Part shown: piece after piece, positions 55,439 through 64,000 of the stretch
Layout of the letters: each line of letters begins with the position of its first letter
Numbering within the stretch: position 1 is the first letter of the stretch
Assembly: GCA_963816355.1 (NCBI GenBank)
Contig: CAWFKH010000001.1
Span: 96,001-160,000, forward strand
Direction of reading: 5' to 3'
DNA length: 64,000 nucleotides
From: an uncultured Gemmatimonadales bacterium
GTDB lineage: Bacteria; Gemmatimonadota; Gemmatimonadetes; Longimicrobiales; RSA9
The notes under the pieces: model-generated
The model's database searches: none
The model's input: the letters and a program-made list of their open reading frames with translations, nothing else
What the model was told of the DNA's origin: nothing
Made by a program: the position numbers and the translations under genes

Positions 55439-55719
55439 TCGGCGCGGCCGCGCTCGCGTGCGCCGACACCCTCCCGCTGCTTTGGGAGCTGATCGATCAC
55501 GAGCTGGCGCCCGACGTAGCCGAGCGCGTGCGCGCGCACCTCGCCGTCTGCCCGCGCTGCTTTCCGCAGTACGATTTCCAGCGCGCGTTCGTCGTGTTCC
55601 TGCGGCGCAGCGGCGAGACGCCGGTCCCCGCGGACCTGCCGGAACGCGTGCGGGAGCGGCTCGCGCCCGAGAGGGCAGGGGCGTGCGGAGCGGCGCACCG
55701 GCCCGGCGGCGCCCGTTGA
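55435..55719 (+). CDS. zinc-finger (zf-HC2/ZAS, RsrA-like) cytoplasmic anti-sigma factor
   Basis: GTG overlapping the sigma stop (GTGA); C..LWELIDHEL..HLAVCPRC (HxxxCxxC). Confidence 0.88.
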   Translation: MIGAAALACADTLPLLWELIDHELAPDVAERVRAHLAVCPRCFPQYDFQRAFVVFLRRSGETPVPADLPERVRERLAPERAGACGAAHRPGGAR

Positions 55720-56918
55720 GCGCGACGCCGATGGTGCCGACCGCCCTCGTCTGGTCCGAGCAGCTCGCGACCTATGGCTTCCGGCCGGGACACCCGCTCA
55801 ACCCCGTCCGCGTTCGGCTCACGGTCGAGCTGATCCGCCGGCTCGGTCTGCTCGACGATGGCGACGTCCTCGCGCCGCGCGACGCGAGCGACGAAGAGCT
55901 GGCCCTGGTTCACTCCCCCGAGTACATCGAGGCGGTCAAGCGCCTCTCCGCGCCGCAGCCGGAGCCGGCCGACGCCGCCGACGCGCGCCGCTGGGGCATC
56001 GGCACCGACGACGTCCCGATCGTCGCCGGCATGGACGCCATGTCGCGCCGCGTCGTCGGCGCCACGCTCGTCGCCGCGGAAGCCGTGCTGGACGGCCGCT
56101 TCCGGCGCGCGTTCAATCCGGCGGGCGGCCTGCACCACGCGCACCGCGCGGCCGCCTCCGGCTTCTGCGTCTACAACGACCTCGCCGTCGCGATTGCCTG
56201 GATGCGCCGCGCCGGCGGGCCGCGCCCCCGCGTGATGTACATCGACTACGACGCGCACCACGGCGACGGCGTCCAGGAGGCCTTCTGGGACGACCCGGAC
56301 GTGCTCACCGTCTCCTTCCACGAGAGCCCCAGCTACCTCTTCCCCGGCACCGGATGGGTGGAGGAGCTGGGCGACGGCGCCGGGCACGGCTACGCGGTCA
56401 ACGTGCCGCTCGACGCGCACACCGGCGACGCCTCCTTCCACCGCCTCTTCGCGGAACTCGTGCCGACCCTCGCGGACGCCTTCCGTCCGGACGTGATCGT
56501 GCTGCAGAACGGCTGCGACACTCACTGGAAGGACCCGCTCACGCACATGCGCTGCACCACGCGCCTCTACGAGCGTCTCGTACGGCTCGTCGGCGACGTC
56601 GCGAACCGCCACTGCGAGGGGCGGATCGTCGCGACCGGCGGCGGCGGCTACGCGGTCTACGAGGTGGTGCCGCGCGCCTGGACGCTCGTGTGGGCCGCGC
56701 TGCGAGGCGAGGCCGCCCCCGACGCGATCCCGCGCGATTGGCTCGACGCGATCCTCGCCGAGCACGGCGTGCTCGTTCCCGTCACGTTGCGCGATCCGGA
56801 GGGCTCGCTCGAGCCCTCGCCGCGTGAGGACGCGGCCGCGGAGCGCAACCTCCGGACCCTCGAGGCCGTCAGGCGGCAGGCCGTGCCCCTGCTCACCGGT
56901 TGGAGCCTGGGCTTCTGA
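55716..56918 (+). CDS. acuC: AcuC-like Zn-dependent protein deacetylase (HDAC family)
   Basis: GHPLNPVR, GGLHHA, GFCVYND, DYDAHHGDG, FPGTG, QNGCD, GGGGY; TTG 55716 (overlap) or ATG 55731. Confidence 0.92.
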   Translation: MSATPMVPTALVWSEQLATYGFRPGHPLNPVRVRLTVELIRRLGLLDDGDVLAPRDASDEELALVHSPEYIEAVKRLSAPQPEPADAADARRWGIGTDDVPIVAGMDAMSRRVVGATLVAAEAVLDGRFRRAFNPAGGLHHAHRAAASGFCVYNDLAVAIAWMRRAGGPRPRVMYIDYDAHHGDGVQEAFWDDPDVLTVSFHESPSYLFPGTGWVEELGDGAGHGYAVNVPLDAHTGDASFHRLFAELVPTLADAFRPDVIVLQNGCDTHWKDPLTHMRCTTRLYERLVRLVGDVANRHCEGRIVATGGGGYAVYEVVPRAWTLVWAALRGEAAPDAIPRDWLDAILAEHGVLVPVTLRDPEGSLEPSPREDAAAERNLRTLEAVRRQAVPLLTGWSLGF

Positions 56919-57451
56919 TGGCGGAGGAAGCGCCCGTCCTGCTCACCCTCCTCGACAAGCGCGGCGGCGCGTTCACGATCCGCACGATGCGCCCCGCCGA
57001 CCGCGTCGCGCTCGAGGAGATGTACGTCGACTTCCGCCCGAAGCGGATGGCGCAGGGGCTGCCGCCCGACAGCGAGCTCGCCCTGCGCCGCTGGCTCGAC
57101 CGCGTCCTCGCCGGCGCAGACCACCTGCTCGTCGACGTCGCCGGCGAAGTGATGGGGCACGGCATGCTCATCCCCATCGACGAGCACTCCGCCGAGCTGG
57201 CGAACTTCCTCCATCACGCGGTGCGCAACCGCGGCATCGGCACCGCGCTCAACGATGCGCTCGTCGACCTCGCCGCCGTGCGCGGCTACGCGCGCGTCTG
57301 GCTGTCCGTCGAGCCGTGGAACCGCGCCGCGGTCCGCTCCTACGAGAAGTCCGGATTCCGGCGACTGCCCGGCTCCCTCTGGTCGCCGGAGCTCGAGATG
57401 GAGGTACGGCTTCACTCCCAGCGCGCTTCCTCGACGAGCCGGTCACCGTAG
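56918..57451 (+). CDS. GNAT-family N-acetyltransferase
   Basis: TGATG coupling to acuC; VRNRGIGTAL acetyl-CoA motif; N.AAVRSYEKSGF. Confidence 0.9.
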   Translation: MAEEAPVLLTLLDKRGGAFTIRTMRPADRVALEEMYVDFRPKRMAQGLPPDSELALRRWLDRVLAGADHLLVDVAGEVMGHGMLIPIDEHSAELANFLHHAVRNRGIGTALNDALVDLAAVRGYARVWLSVEPWNRAAVRSYEKSGFRRLPGSLWSPELEMEVRLHSQRASSTSRSP

Positions 57452-59334
57452 TACGCCGCCGGGATGGGCCCCTGGCGTGCGACGCGGCGCGCGAAATCCG
57501 CGTCGTCGATCCCGCCGTCGCGCGCGGCGGCCACCGCGCCGTGCAGCCGCTCCAGCGATTCCTTCCCCAGCGCGTAAGCGATCGCCTGCGTCGGCCACTT
57601 CGTGTACCGGTACACCTCGCGTTCGGCGTCGCGCAGCACGGCCGCCGCCGCGCCATCGCTCGCCGCCCGCCCTCGGGCGTCCGGCATGAACGCAACAATG
57701 TCGCAGAGCTCGTCGACGGCGGCGGCGAACGTGATGCGGCCCGTATGGAGCGCGATGTCGAGGCGCAGGCGGAGCGTACGCAGGAGCTGCGCGATCGTCT
57801 CGTGCAGGTACTCCGCGGGCGCATACAGCCCTCCCTCGATCGGCCGGGCGACGCGCTCCTCCGCCCACAGGGCCCACCCTTCGACCGCGGGCGCGTTGTG
57901 CCACATCGATCCCGAGTCGTCGGCGCCGCCGGGCGACAGCCAGCGCACGTAAGGGATCTCCGCCGCATGGCGGCCCATCGCACGGTAGTGCCACGCGTGG
58001 CCCGGGAGGGCCTCGTGCGCGGCGAGCGGCGCGAGGGCGGCGCGCGGCAGAAGACGCAGCGCGGCCCGGTCGTCGCCCGTCGGGGTGAGCCACAGCCGGT
58101 CTCCGCCCCGGCCGAGCAGCGGCGGCGCCGGGTCGTAGGCCGCGATGGTCGCGGTGCGCAACAGCGGCGGTGTGGGCTCGACCTCTGGGGGACGTTCGTC
58201 GGCGTCGATCCAGCCGGCGTCGCGGGCCCACGCCGCCGCGCGCGCGACCGCGTCCCGGTACGCCGCGAACAGCTCGGCATCCGACGACGGCGCGTCGCGC
58301 GCGACGTCGTCGAGCACGACGCGCACGGCCGCCGCGCGCCGCGCGCCGCTCCAGTCGAGCGAGAGGCCGCGCTGGCGCGCGACGACGGACGCCGCCTCGA
58401 TCACCCTCTCGCGCGCCTGCGCGATCCCCCCGGCCGCGTGCTCGAGGAGCGCCTCGACGCCCCGCGTCTCGCGGAAGTTGTTGCGCAGCCGCCACTCGTA
58501 CTCCGCCTCGCCGATCGCGAACCGGTCGGCGTCTCCGTCCGCATCGAACGTGCGGCCGAGGAAGTCCGCGAACGAGTCGTACGCGTCCGCGGCCTGCGCC
58601 GCGGCGGCGTCCAGGTCCACGAGGATGTCGGCCGCGAAAGCGCGGTCGCGAATGCCTCGCCGCGCGCTCGCGGGCAGCGCCTCGCGCAGGTGGGACGCGG
58701 CGGCACGGCTGCCCCGGATCCCGTCGATGCGGACGAGGCGGTGGTCCGGCGGATGGCCGGCGGCGCGGCCGGCGAGAAGGTTCTGGCGCGCGGCGCGCAG
58801 GTGGCCGGCGACCGCCGCGACCCGGTCCGCCACGCGGCGCCACGCCTCCGCGTCGCCCCGGCCCTCCCCCGCCGGCTGCATGTTCGAGATCTGCCGCTCG
58901 ACGCCCCGCACCGGCGCTGCGACGTATGCGTCCACGCCGCGCTCGTGATGACGCAGGTCCTCGAGCTGGTGCAGCAGGAAGGCGAGCTGCGCGTCCACGA
59001 CCTCGCGGTCGACGCGGTCCGTGGCGGCGAGCGCCTCCGGCGCCAGGCCCCGCAGCTCGCGCTGGAGCGAGCGCCAGAGCGCGATCTCCTCGTCGACCGC
59101 GGCGGGCGCCGCGGCGCGCAGCCGCGCATCCAGCGCCGCGAGCCGGGGATCGAAGCCGGCCGCCCCGAGGTGGGTGGCGAGCGTCGGATACCTCTCGAGC
59201 ACCTTGTGGAAGTAGCGCTCCCGCAGGCCCGCAAAGCCGCCGCCGCGCCGCGGGTCCTGCTCCTCGTCCGGGCCGAGCACACCGAACGAGAGCATCGCCC
59301 GCGCCGCCTCGCGGAAGAACGCCCGCCGCTCCAT
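57412..59334 (-). CDS. DUF885-family protein (putative gluzincin-like metallopeptidase)
   Basis: YPTLATHLG, HEALPGH, EGWALWAE, LRLDIALH, EVYRY..PTQAIAYALG; N-terminal RRAFF (Tat-like). Confidence 0.88.
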   Translation of the reverse strand: MERRAFFREAARAMLSFGVLGPDEEQDPRRGGGFAGLRERYFHKVLERYPTLATHLGAAGFDPRLAALDARLRAAAPAAVDEEIALWRSLQRELRGLAPEALAATDRVDREVVDAQLAFLLHQLEDLRHHERGVDAYVAAPVRGVERQISNMQPAGEGRGDAEAWRRVADRVAAVAGHLRAARQNLLAGRAAGHPPDHRLVRIDGIRGSRAAASHLREALPASARRGIRDRAFAADILVDLDAAAAQAADAYDSFADFLGRTFDADGDADRFAIGEAEYEWRLRNNFRETRGVEALLEHAAGGIAQARERVIEAASVVARQRGLSLDWSGARRAAAVRVVLDDVARDAPSSDAELFAAYRDAVARAAAWARDAGWIDADERPPEVEPTPPLLRTATIAAYDPAPPLLGRGGDRLWLTPTGDDRAALRLLPRAALAPLAAHEALPGHAWHYRAMGRHAAEIPYVRWLSPGGADDSGSMWHNAPAVEGWALWAEERVARPIEGGLYAPAEYLHETIAQLLRTLRLRLDIALHTGRITFAAAVDELCDIVAFMPDARGRAASDGAAAAVLRDAEREVYRYTKWPTQAIAYALGKESLERLHGAVAAARDGGIDDADFARRVARQGPIPAAYYGDRLVEEARWE

Positions 59335-59347
59335 CGTCACCGCGTGG

Positions 59348-61308
59348 TCACTGCGCGCGTTCGTCGGCCGTCCCGCGCACGCGGCGGTGACGCGGGCGGG
59401 CGGGCGGTTCCTGCCCGCTTCGCCGCTCGGCACGTCGCTCGTCACCCGCGTCCGTCTCCGGCCCCGCCGGCGCCGGCGCCGGCGGCGGCACGGGCGGAGA
59501 CCCGGCCGCCGGAGCGTTCGCGGCGCGCGGGATCCAGAAGCGGATCGTCGTTCCCTCGCCGGGCCGGCTCTCCGCCTCGATGCGGCCGCCGTGCGCCTCC
59601 ACGATGCCGCGGCAGATGGCGAGGCCGAGGCCCGCCCCCTGTCGCGGCGCGCTGCGACCCTGCCAGAAGGGGACGAAGAGGCTCGGCAGCTCGTCTTCGG
59701 GGATTCCCGCGCCCTCGTCGGCGACGTCGAAGCGTACCGCATCGTCGGCGGCCGCCTCGGCGCCGAGGCGGATGTGGCCGTCGGCCGGGGTGAAGCGGAT
59801 CGCGTTGGCGACGAGGTTCGAGAAGACCTGCTGTATGCGGTCGCGGTCGGCCGCCAGCTTGCCCGCATGGGGCGCGGCGTGCGCTTCGAGGACGATCCCC
59901 TTCTCCGCCGCGAGCGGCTCGTTGAGCTCGACCGCCTCGACGACGAGGCGGGCTGCGTCGCAGCGCTCCGGGCTGATCGTGAGACGGCCGCGCTGGATGC
60001 GCCCTACCTCGAGCAGGTCGCGGATCAATCGGCTCGCCTGCTCGACGGAACGGCGGATCAGGCCGATCTGCTTGCGCACCCGGCCGAAATCCTCGACTCC
60101 CTGCTCCATGCGCATGTCCATCAGCTCCGCCGACATCAGGATCGCGTTCAGCGGATTGCGCAGGTCGTGCGAGACGACGGCCAGGACCTCGTCGCGGATG
60201 CGGACGGCCTGCTCGGCGTCCCGCCGCGCCGTGCGCTCGCGCTCGAGCAGCGACAGACGCTCGCGCTCGACGCGCCGTCGCTCCGTCGCGTCGCTGAAGA
60301 CGACGACCACGCCGACGACCTGGCCGCCGCGCCGCAGCGGCGACGCCGCGTACTCGACCGGAAGCGGCTCGCCGTCGCGGCACCAGAGCGTCTCGTCCGC
60401 CCCCGGCGTCGCCACGCCGCTCTCGGATGCGGCCACGACCGGGCACGCCTCGCGAGGGTACGGCGAGCCATCCGGGCGCCGGTGGTGGATGAGGTCGTGG
60501 AGGTCGCGCCCCAGGAGATCGGACGCTTCGTAGCCGAGCAGGGCGCACGCCGCGCGGTTCACGAAGGTGCACCGGCCCGCGGCATCGAGCACGTAATGCC
60601 CTCCGACGTCGACTCCAGCATCGCCGTCTTCTCGCGCCGCTCGCGCTCCGCGGCGGCTCGCCCCGCCGCCAGCTCGCGCCCGAGCCACAGGACGATCGTC
60701 ACGGAGCCGAGCGCGAGCAGGACGAGGAAGAATGCGACGCCCCGCTGCAGCCGGTCGAGGCGGTCGATGCGGGCCCGCCGCTGCGCGGTGATCGCCTGCA
60801 GCCGTCGCTCCAACGAATCCGCGGAGGCGAGCACGCCCTCGTAGAGCCGCTCGTGCCGCTCGAGAGCCGCCGGCAGCAGCGTCGGGTCGGCAGCGTCTGC
60901 GATGATCTCGGCGTTGAGCGAGTGCCACTCGGCGGACGCGGAATCGAGCGCGAGGAGCGCAGGAGCTTCGGCGGCGCCCAACTCCCGCATCAGCGGCTGC
61001 AGGCGGCCGAACGCGGCACGCTCCGTCTCGTACGCGGCGCGGTAGCGCCGCACGAAGCGGGGACTGCGCGCGAGGACGTAGGCGCGCAGCGCGCCCACCT
61101 GCCGCGCCTGCGCGAACTCGATCTGACCGAGTGCGGTCCGCGCCGGCTCCGCGACATCGGCGATCTCCCGCCGCAGCGCGGTCGTTCTGCGGGAGACGAC
61201 GATCGGCAGGAGCAGCAACGAAAGGAGCGAAATGACGACGACCGCCACCGGCAGGCCGCTCCACAGGCGGCCCGGCAGGTATCTCAGGTCGAAGCCCTTT
61301 TCCTCCAT
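59348..61308 (-). pseudogene. CHASE3-like + PAS sensor histidine kinase with a -1 frameshift at ~60595 (may be a sequencing error)
   Basis: N-part has two TMs around ALRAYVL..FVRRY; C-part has PAS (FVNRAAC..LIHH..DGSPYP), SHDLRNPL, NLVANAIRFT, DEGAGI, GLGLAIC. GGC AT(C) TAC restores LESTSEGIYVLDAAG. Confidence 0.88.
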
Positions 61309-61390
61309 CACGGCTCCCCCGGACGGTCGCACCATCGCTCCGCGGGCCTGCTGCCGCTCCCGCCACGCTCACCGGACAAGATAGCGATTC

Positions 61391-62353
61391 TCAGAAGCCC
61401 GCGCGCTCCAGCGCCGCTCCGACGGCGCCGAGGTAGCCGCCGCCGAAGAGGTTCAGGTGCACGAGCAGGTAATATAGCTGATAGATCGGGCGGCGGGTCT
61501 CCGCGTAGCCGGCGCGGGTCGGGAAAGCCTCCCGGTACGCCTCGTAGAAGGCCGCGTCGAAGCCGCCGAAAAGCTCGGTCATCGCCAGATCGACCTCGCG
61601 ATGCCCGAAGCTGCACGACGGATCGATCAACGCCGCCGCACCCGCGCCCAGCATGTGCACGTTGCCGCTCCAGAGGTCGCCGTGCAGGAGGACGGGGCCT
61701 TCCTCCTGCCCCGCGAGCAGCAGCGCGTCGAGATCCCGGAAGAGCGCATCGAAGCGCGCACGCAGGCGCCCGTCGAGGCGGCCGCCGTCGCGCGCGCGCC
61801 GGACCTGCGGCTCGAGCCGCGCTTCCCGCCAGAACGACGCCCAGGCGGCCGTGCGCGGATTCGCCTGCGGCAGCGAGCCGATGAAGTTGTCGCTCCGCCA
61901 GCCGAAGCGGGCGTCGCGCACCTGGTGCAGCCGCGCGAGCCCGCCGCCGACGCCGCGCCACGCGGCGCGGCTGGCGCCTCCCGCCTCCAGCCACTCCAGC
62001 AGCAGCCAGGCCGGTTGGCCCGCTTCCGGATCCCGCGCCGACGTGGCCCCGCTCTCCGCCAGCACCGCCGGCACGCGGACCGCGCCGCTTTCCGCGATCG
62101 CGCGCAGCGACACCGCCTCCGCCGCGAACATGCGCCGCGACCGCTCGTCGGCGCCCCACTTGAGGAAGGCGACGTCGCCCTCCGCCGATTCGAGGCGCGC
62201 CGTCGCGCTGATGCAGCCACCCGCCACGCCGCTCGCCGACGCGATCACGGTGCGCCGTCGCAGCACCTCGGACCACGCGGCGGCGACATCGGACGCCAGC
62301 GCCGGAGGAAGCGGCGTGCCTCTGCCCCTGCGGGAGTCCGCGCCCCGGCTCAC
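61391..62353 (-). CDS. fructosamine/ketosamine-3-kinase family protein
   Basis: GGCIS, FLKW, LLLEWL, DNFIGSLPQAN, LLHGDLWSGN, IDP..GHREVDLAM, YQLYYLLVHLNLFG. Confidence 0.95.
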   Translation of the reverse strand: MSRGADSRRGRGTPLPPALASDVAAAWSEVLRRRTVIASASGVAGGCISATARLESAEGDVAFLKWGADERSRRMFAAEAVSLRAIAESGAVRVPAVLAESGATSARDPEAGQPAWLLLEWLEAGGASRAAWRGVGGGLARLHQVRDARFGWRSDNFIGSLPQANPRTAAWASFWREARLEPQVRRARDGGRLDGRLRARFDALFRDLDALLLAGQEEGPVLLHGDLWSGNVHMLGAGAAALIDPSCSFGHREVDLAMTELFGGFDAAFYEAYREAFPTRAGYAETRRPIYQLYYLLVHLNLFGGGYLGAVGAALERAGF

Positions 62354-62366
62354 GCGCCGCGACCCG

Positions 62367-62864
62367 CTAGATGCCGCGCTCGGCGCGCACGTGGCCGAGG
62401 AGCGCCCGACAGCTCCGCTCCACGATGTCGTGCACGCGCTCGAACCCGCGCTCGCCCCCGAAGTACGGGTCGGGCACGTCGCTCGACTCGGCGACGTCCG
62501 GGTCGAAATCGCGCAGCAGACGGATCCGCGCGGCGCGGCGGTCCCCGGCGCCGTCGGCCATCCCGAGCACGTCGCGGAGGTTCGAGCGGTCCATCGTGAT
62601 CACGTAGTCGAAGCGGGACAGGTCGGCGTCCTCGATGCGGCGGGCGCGGCTCTCCAGCACCACTCCCCGGCGCTCCGCCTCGGCGAGCGTGCGCGCGTCG
62701 GGCGGCTCGCCGACATGCCAGTCCAATGTGCCGGCGGAGTCGACGTGGAAGTGCCCCTCCAACCCCGCCTCCCGCACGAGCCGGCGGAAAACGCCTTCCG
62801 CCAGCGGTGAACGGCAGATGTTGCCCAGACACACGAAGAGAACGCCCGTACGATCCTCCCGCAT
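62367..62864 (-). CDS. low-molecular-weight protein-tyrosine phosphatase
   Basis: GAGGAGG RBS; VCLGNICRSP P-loop, DSAGT..WH, DVPDPYFG. Confidence 0.95.
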   Translation of the reverse strand: MREDRTGVLFVCLGNICRSPLAEGVFRRLVREAGLEGHFHVDSAGTLDWHVGEPPDARTLAEAERRGVVLESRARRIEDADLSRFDYVITMDRSNLRDVLGMADGAGDRRAARIRLLRDFDPDVAESSDVPDPYFGGERGFERVHDIVERSCRALLGHVRAERGI

Positions 62865-62899
62865 CGCCTCCTCACCTGGCCGGGTGTGGGTCCTGCAAC

Positions 62900-62957
62900 G
62901 CGCGGACCGGACCGCCGGCGCGCGCCCACCGGGCGCGGACCGGACCGCCGGCGCGCG
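62900..62957. repeat. 25-bp direct repeat pair (period 33) upstream of the LMW-PTP gene
   Basis: GCGCGGACCGGACCGCCGGCGCGCG at 62900-62924 and 62933-62957. Confidence 0.8.
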
Positions 62958-63074
62958 GTGACCGGGCGCGGGCCCTCCGCCCCGGCGCCGCCTTGACGCG
63001 CGGCGACGGCGCGCTCCATCCTTCGCCTCCTTTCCCCGGCGCGGAGGCGGCTGGAGCATGCGGCGCGCGCGACA

Positions 63075-63968
63075 GTGAGCGGCGAAAATGTACGGCGGGC
63101 GGGCGGCCGCTGCATCGCCGCGTTCGCGCTCGGCGCCACGCTCGGCTGTGGCGGCCGCTCGCCAACGTGCGATCCGCCGGTGCGCATCGGCGCGCTGCCA
63201 GCGGTCGTGCGCGAGTCGAGCGGCGTCGACGCGGGACGCGAGCGGCCGGCGGTGCTGTGGACGCACAACGACTCCGGCGACGGGCCGCGTCTCGTCGCGG
63301 TGGACACGCTCGGGGCGCTTCTCGGCGTCGTGGAGGTGACCGGCGCCGCCGCCTTCGACTGGGAAGACCTCGCCACCGGACCGTGTGACGGCGGCGGCAG
63401 TTGCCTCTGGATCGGGGACATCGGCAACAACCATCGCAACCGCGACACCGTGTCGATCTACAGCGTGCCGGAGCCGCGCCCGGGCGATCGCGCGACCGCG
63501 CGGGCCGTGCGCTTCTCGGTGCGCTACCCCGACCGGGCCTGGGACGCCGAGGCGCTCTTCGTGCTCCCGGGCCCGCGCCTGTACGTCGTCACGAAGGGGA
63601 TCGACCACCCGGTCACCGTCTACCGCTACCCCGGCGCGCCGACGCCGGATACGCTGGTGACGCTGCAGGAGGTGCAGCGGCTCAGCGCGGGACCGGTGGC
63701 GCTGCCCGACCAGGTGACGGCCGCCGTCGCGACGCCCGACGGCCGCTGGGTCGCCGTGCGGACGTACACCGCGCTCCAGCTCTACCGCGTGGGCGGCGAC
63801 GGCCGGCTCACCCCCGCCCTCGATTCGGCGGGCGTGGATCTCAGCCCCCTCGCCGAGCCGCAGGGCGAAGGTCTCGGTTACGGCGGCCACGGCCGTTTCT
63901 ATCTCACCAGCGAGAGGGGACTCGACACCGTCGCGCCGCTCTCGCGCCTCCGCTGCGTGCTGCCGTGA
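63075..63968 (+). CDS. secreted/lipoprotein beta-propeller-like hypothetical protein (SdiA-regulated/esterase-phytase-like)
   Basis: Lipobox-like TLGC; ESSG, WTHNDSGD, DWEDLA, GDIGNN, DAEAL, QGEGL, YLTSE motifs. Confidence 0.78.
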   Translation: MSGENVRRAGGRCIAAFALGATLGCGGRSPTCDPPVRIGALPAVVRESSGVDAGRERPAVLWTHNDSGDGPRLVAVDTLGALLGVVEVTGAAAFDWEDLATGPCDGGGSCLWIGDIGNNHRNRDTVSIYSVPEPRPGDRATARAVRFSVRYPDRAWDAEALFVLPGPRLYVVTKGIDHPVTVYRYPGAPTPDTLVTLQEVQRLSAGPVALPDQVTAAVATPDGRWVAVRTYTALQLYRVGGDGRLTPALDSAGVDLSPLAEPQGEGLGYGGHGRFYLTSERGLDTVAPLSRLRCVLP

Positions 63969-64000
63969 CGGCCGCGCCGCGGCGCGATCCGCATTCCCGA

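Noticed and set aside
54766..55719. Genuine sigma/anti-sigma fusion protein
   Set aside because: The middle part is out-of-frame, Arg-rich sequence; a single-base frameshift in a separate sigma gene explains it better.

Overview
A very GC-rich (roughly three-quarters G+C by eye) bacterial chromosomal segment. Its gene content (DUF5916, PIG-L/NEW3, carboxypeptidase-regulatory-like, DUF885, M14, DUF5715-LysM, many secreted lipoproteins) suggests Gemmatimonadota or a similar diderm; this is inference. About 58 CDS can be supported, mostly core or metabolic: a LytS/LytTR pair, PIG-L deacetylase plus Fe3+/polyamine-type ABC importer, yciF, nfo, nfuA, gdhA, AmgK/MurU-like pair, thyX, SWIB, hemE-hemH/hemY, psd, rocD, ndh, a CDC48 AAA ATPase, ECF sigma/anti-sigma, acuC, GNAT, fructosamine kinase and LMW-PTP. 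I saw no rRNA, tRNA, CRISPR array, transposase or integrase. The most unusual element is a ~970-bp intergenic block (21611-22581) of two oppositely oriented tandem arrays (37-bp and 74-bp periods). Together they hold about 50 short GC hairpins, nearly all with c-GNA-g or c-GNNA-g loops on one strand per array. Other notable items: a 194-bp element with periodic 32-bp terminal inverted repeats upstream of cdc48; tandem ARG-box-like sites over a sigma70-like promoter of rocD; a TolB-propeller/Tricorn-C1-like/gamma-glutamyltransferase fusion; a coupled ECF-antisigma-deacetylase-acetyltransferase cluster after cdc48; and three or four single-base indels that may be sequencing errors. All family assignments come from motif recognition by eye, not database searches.
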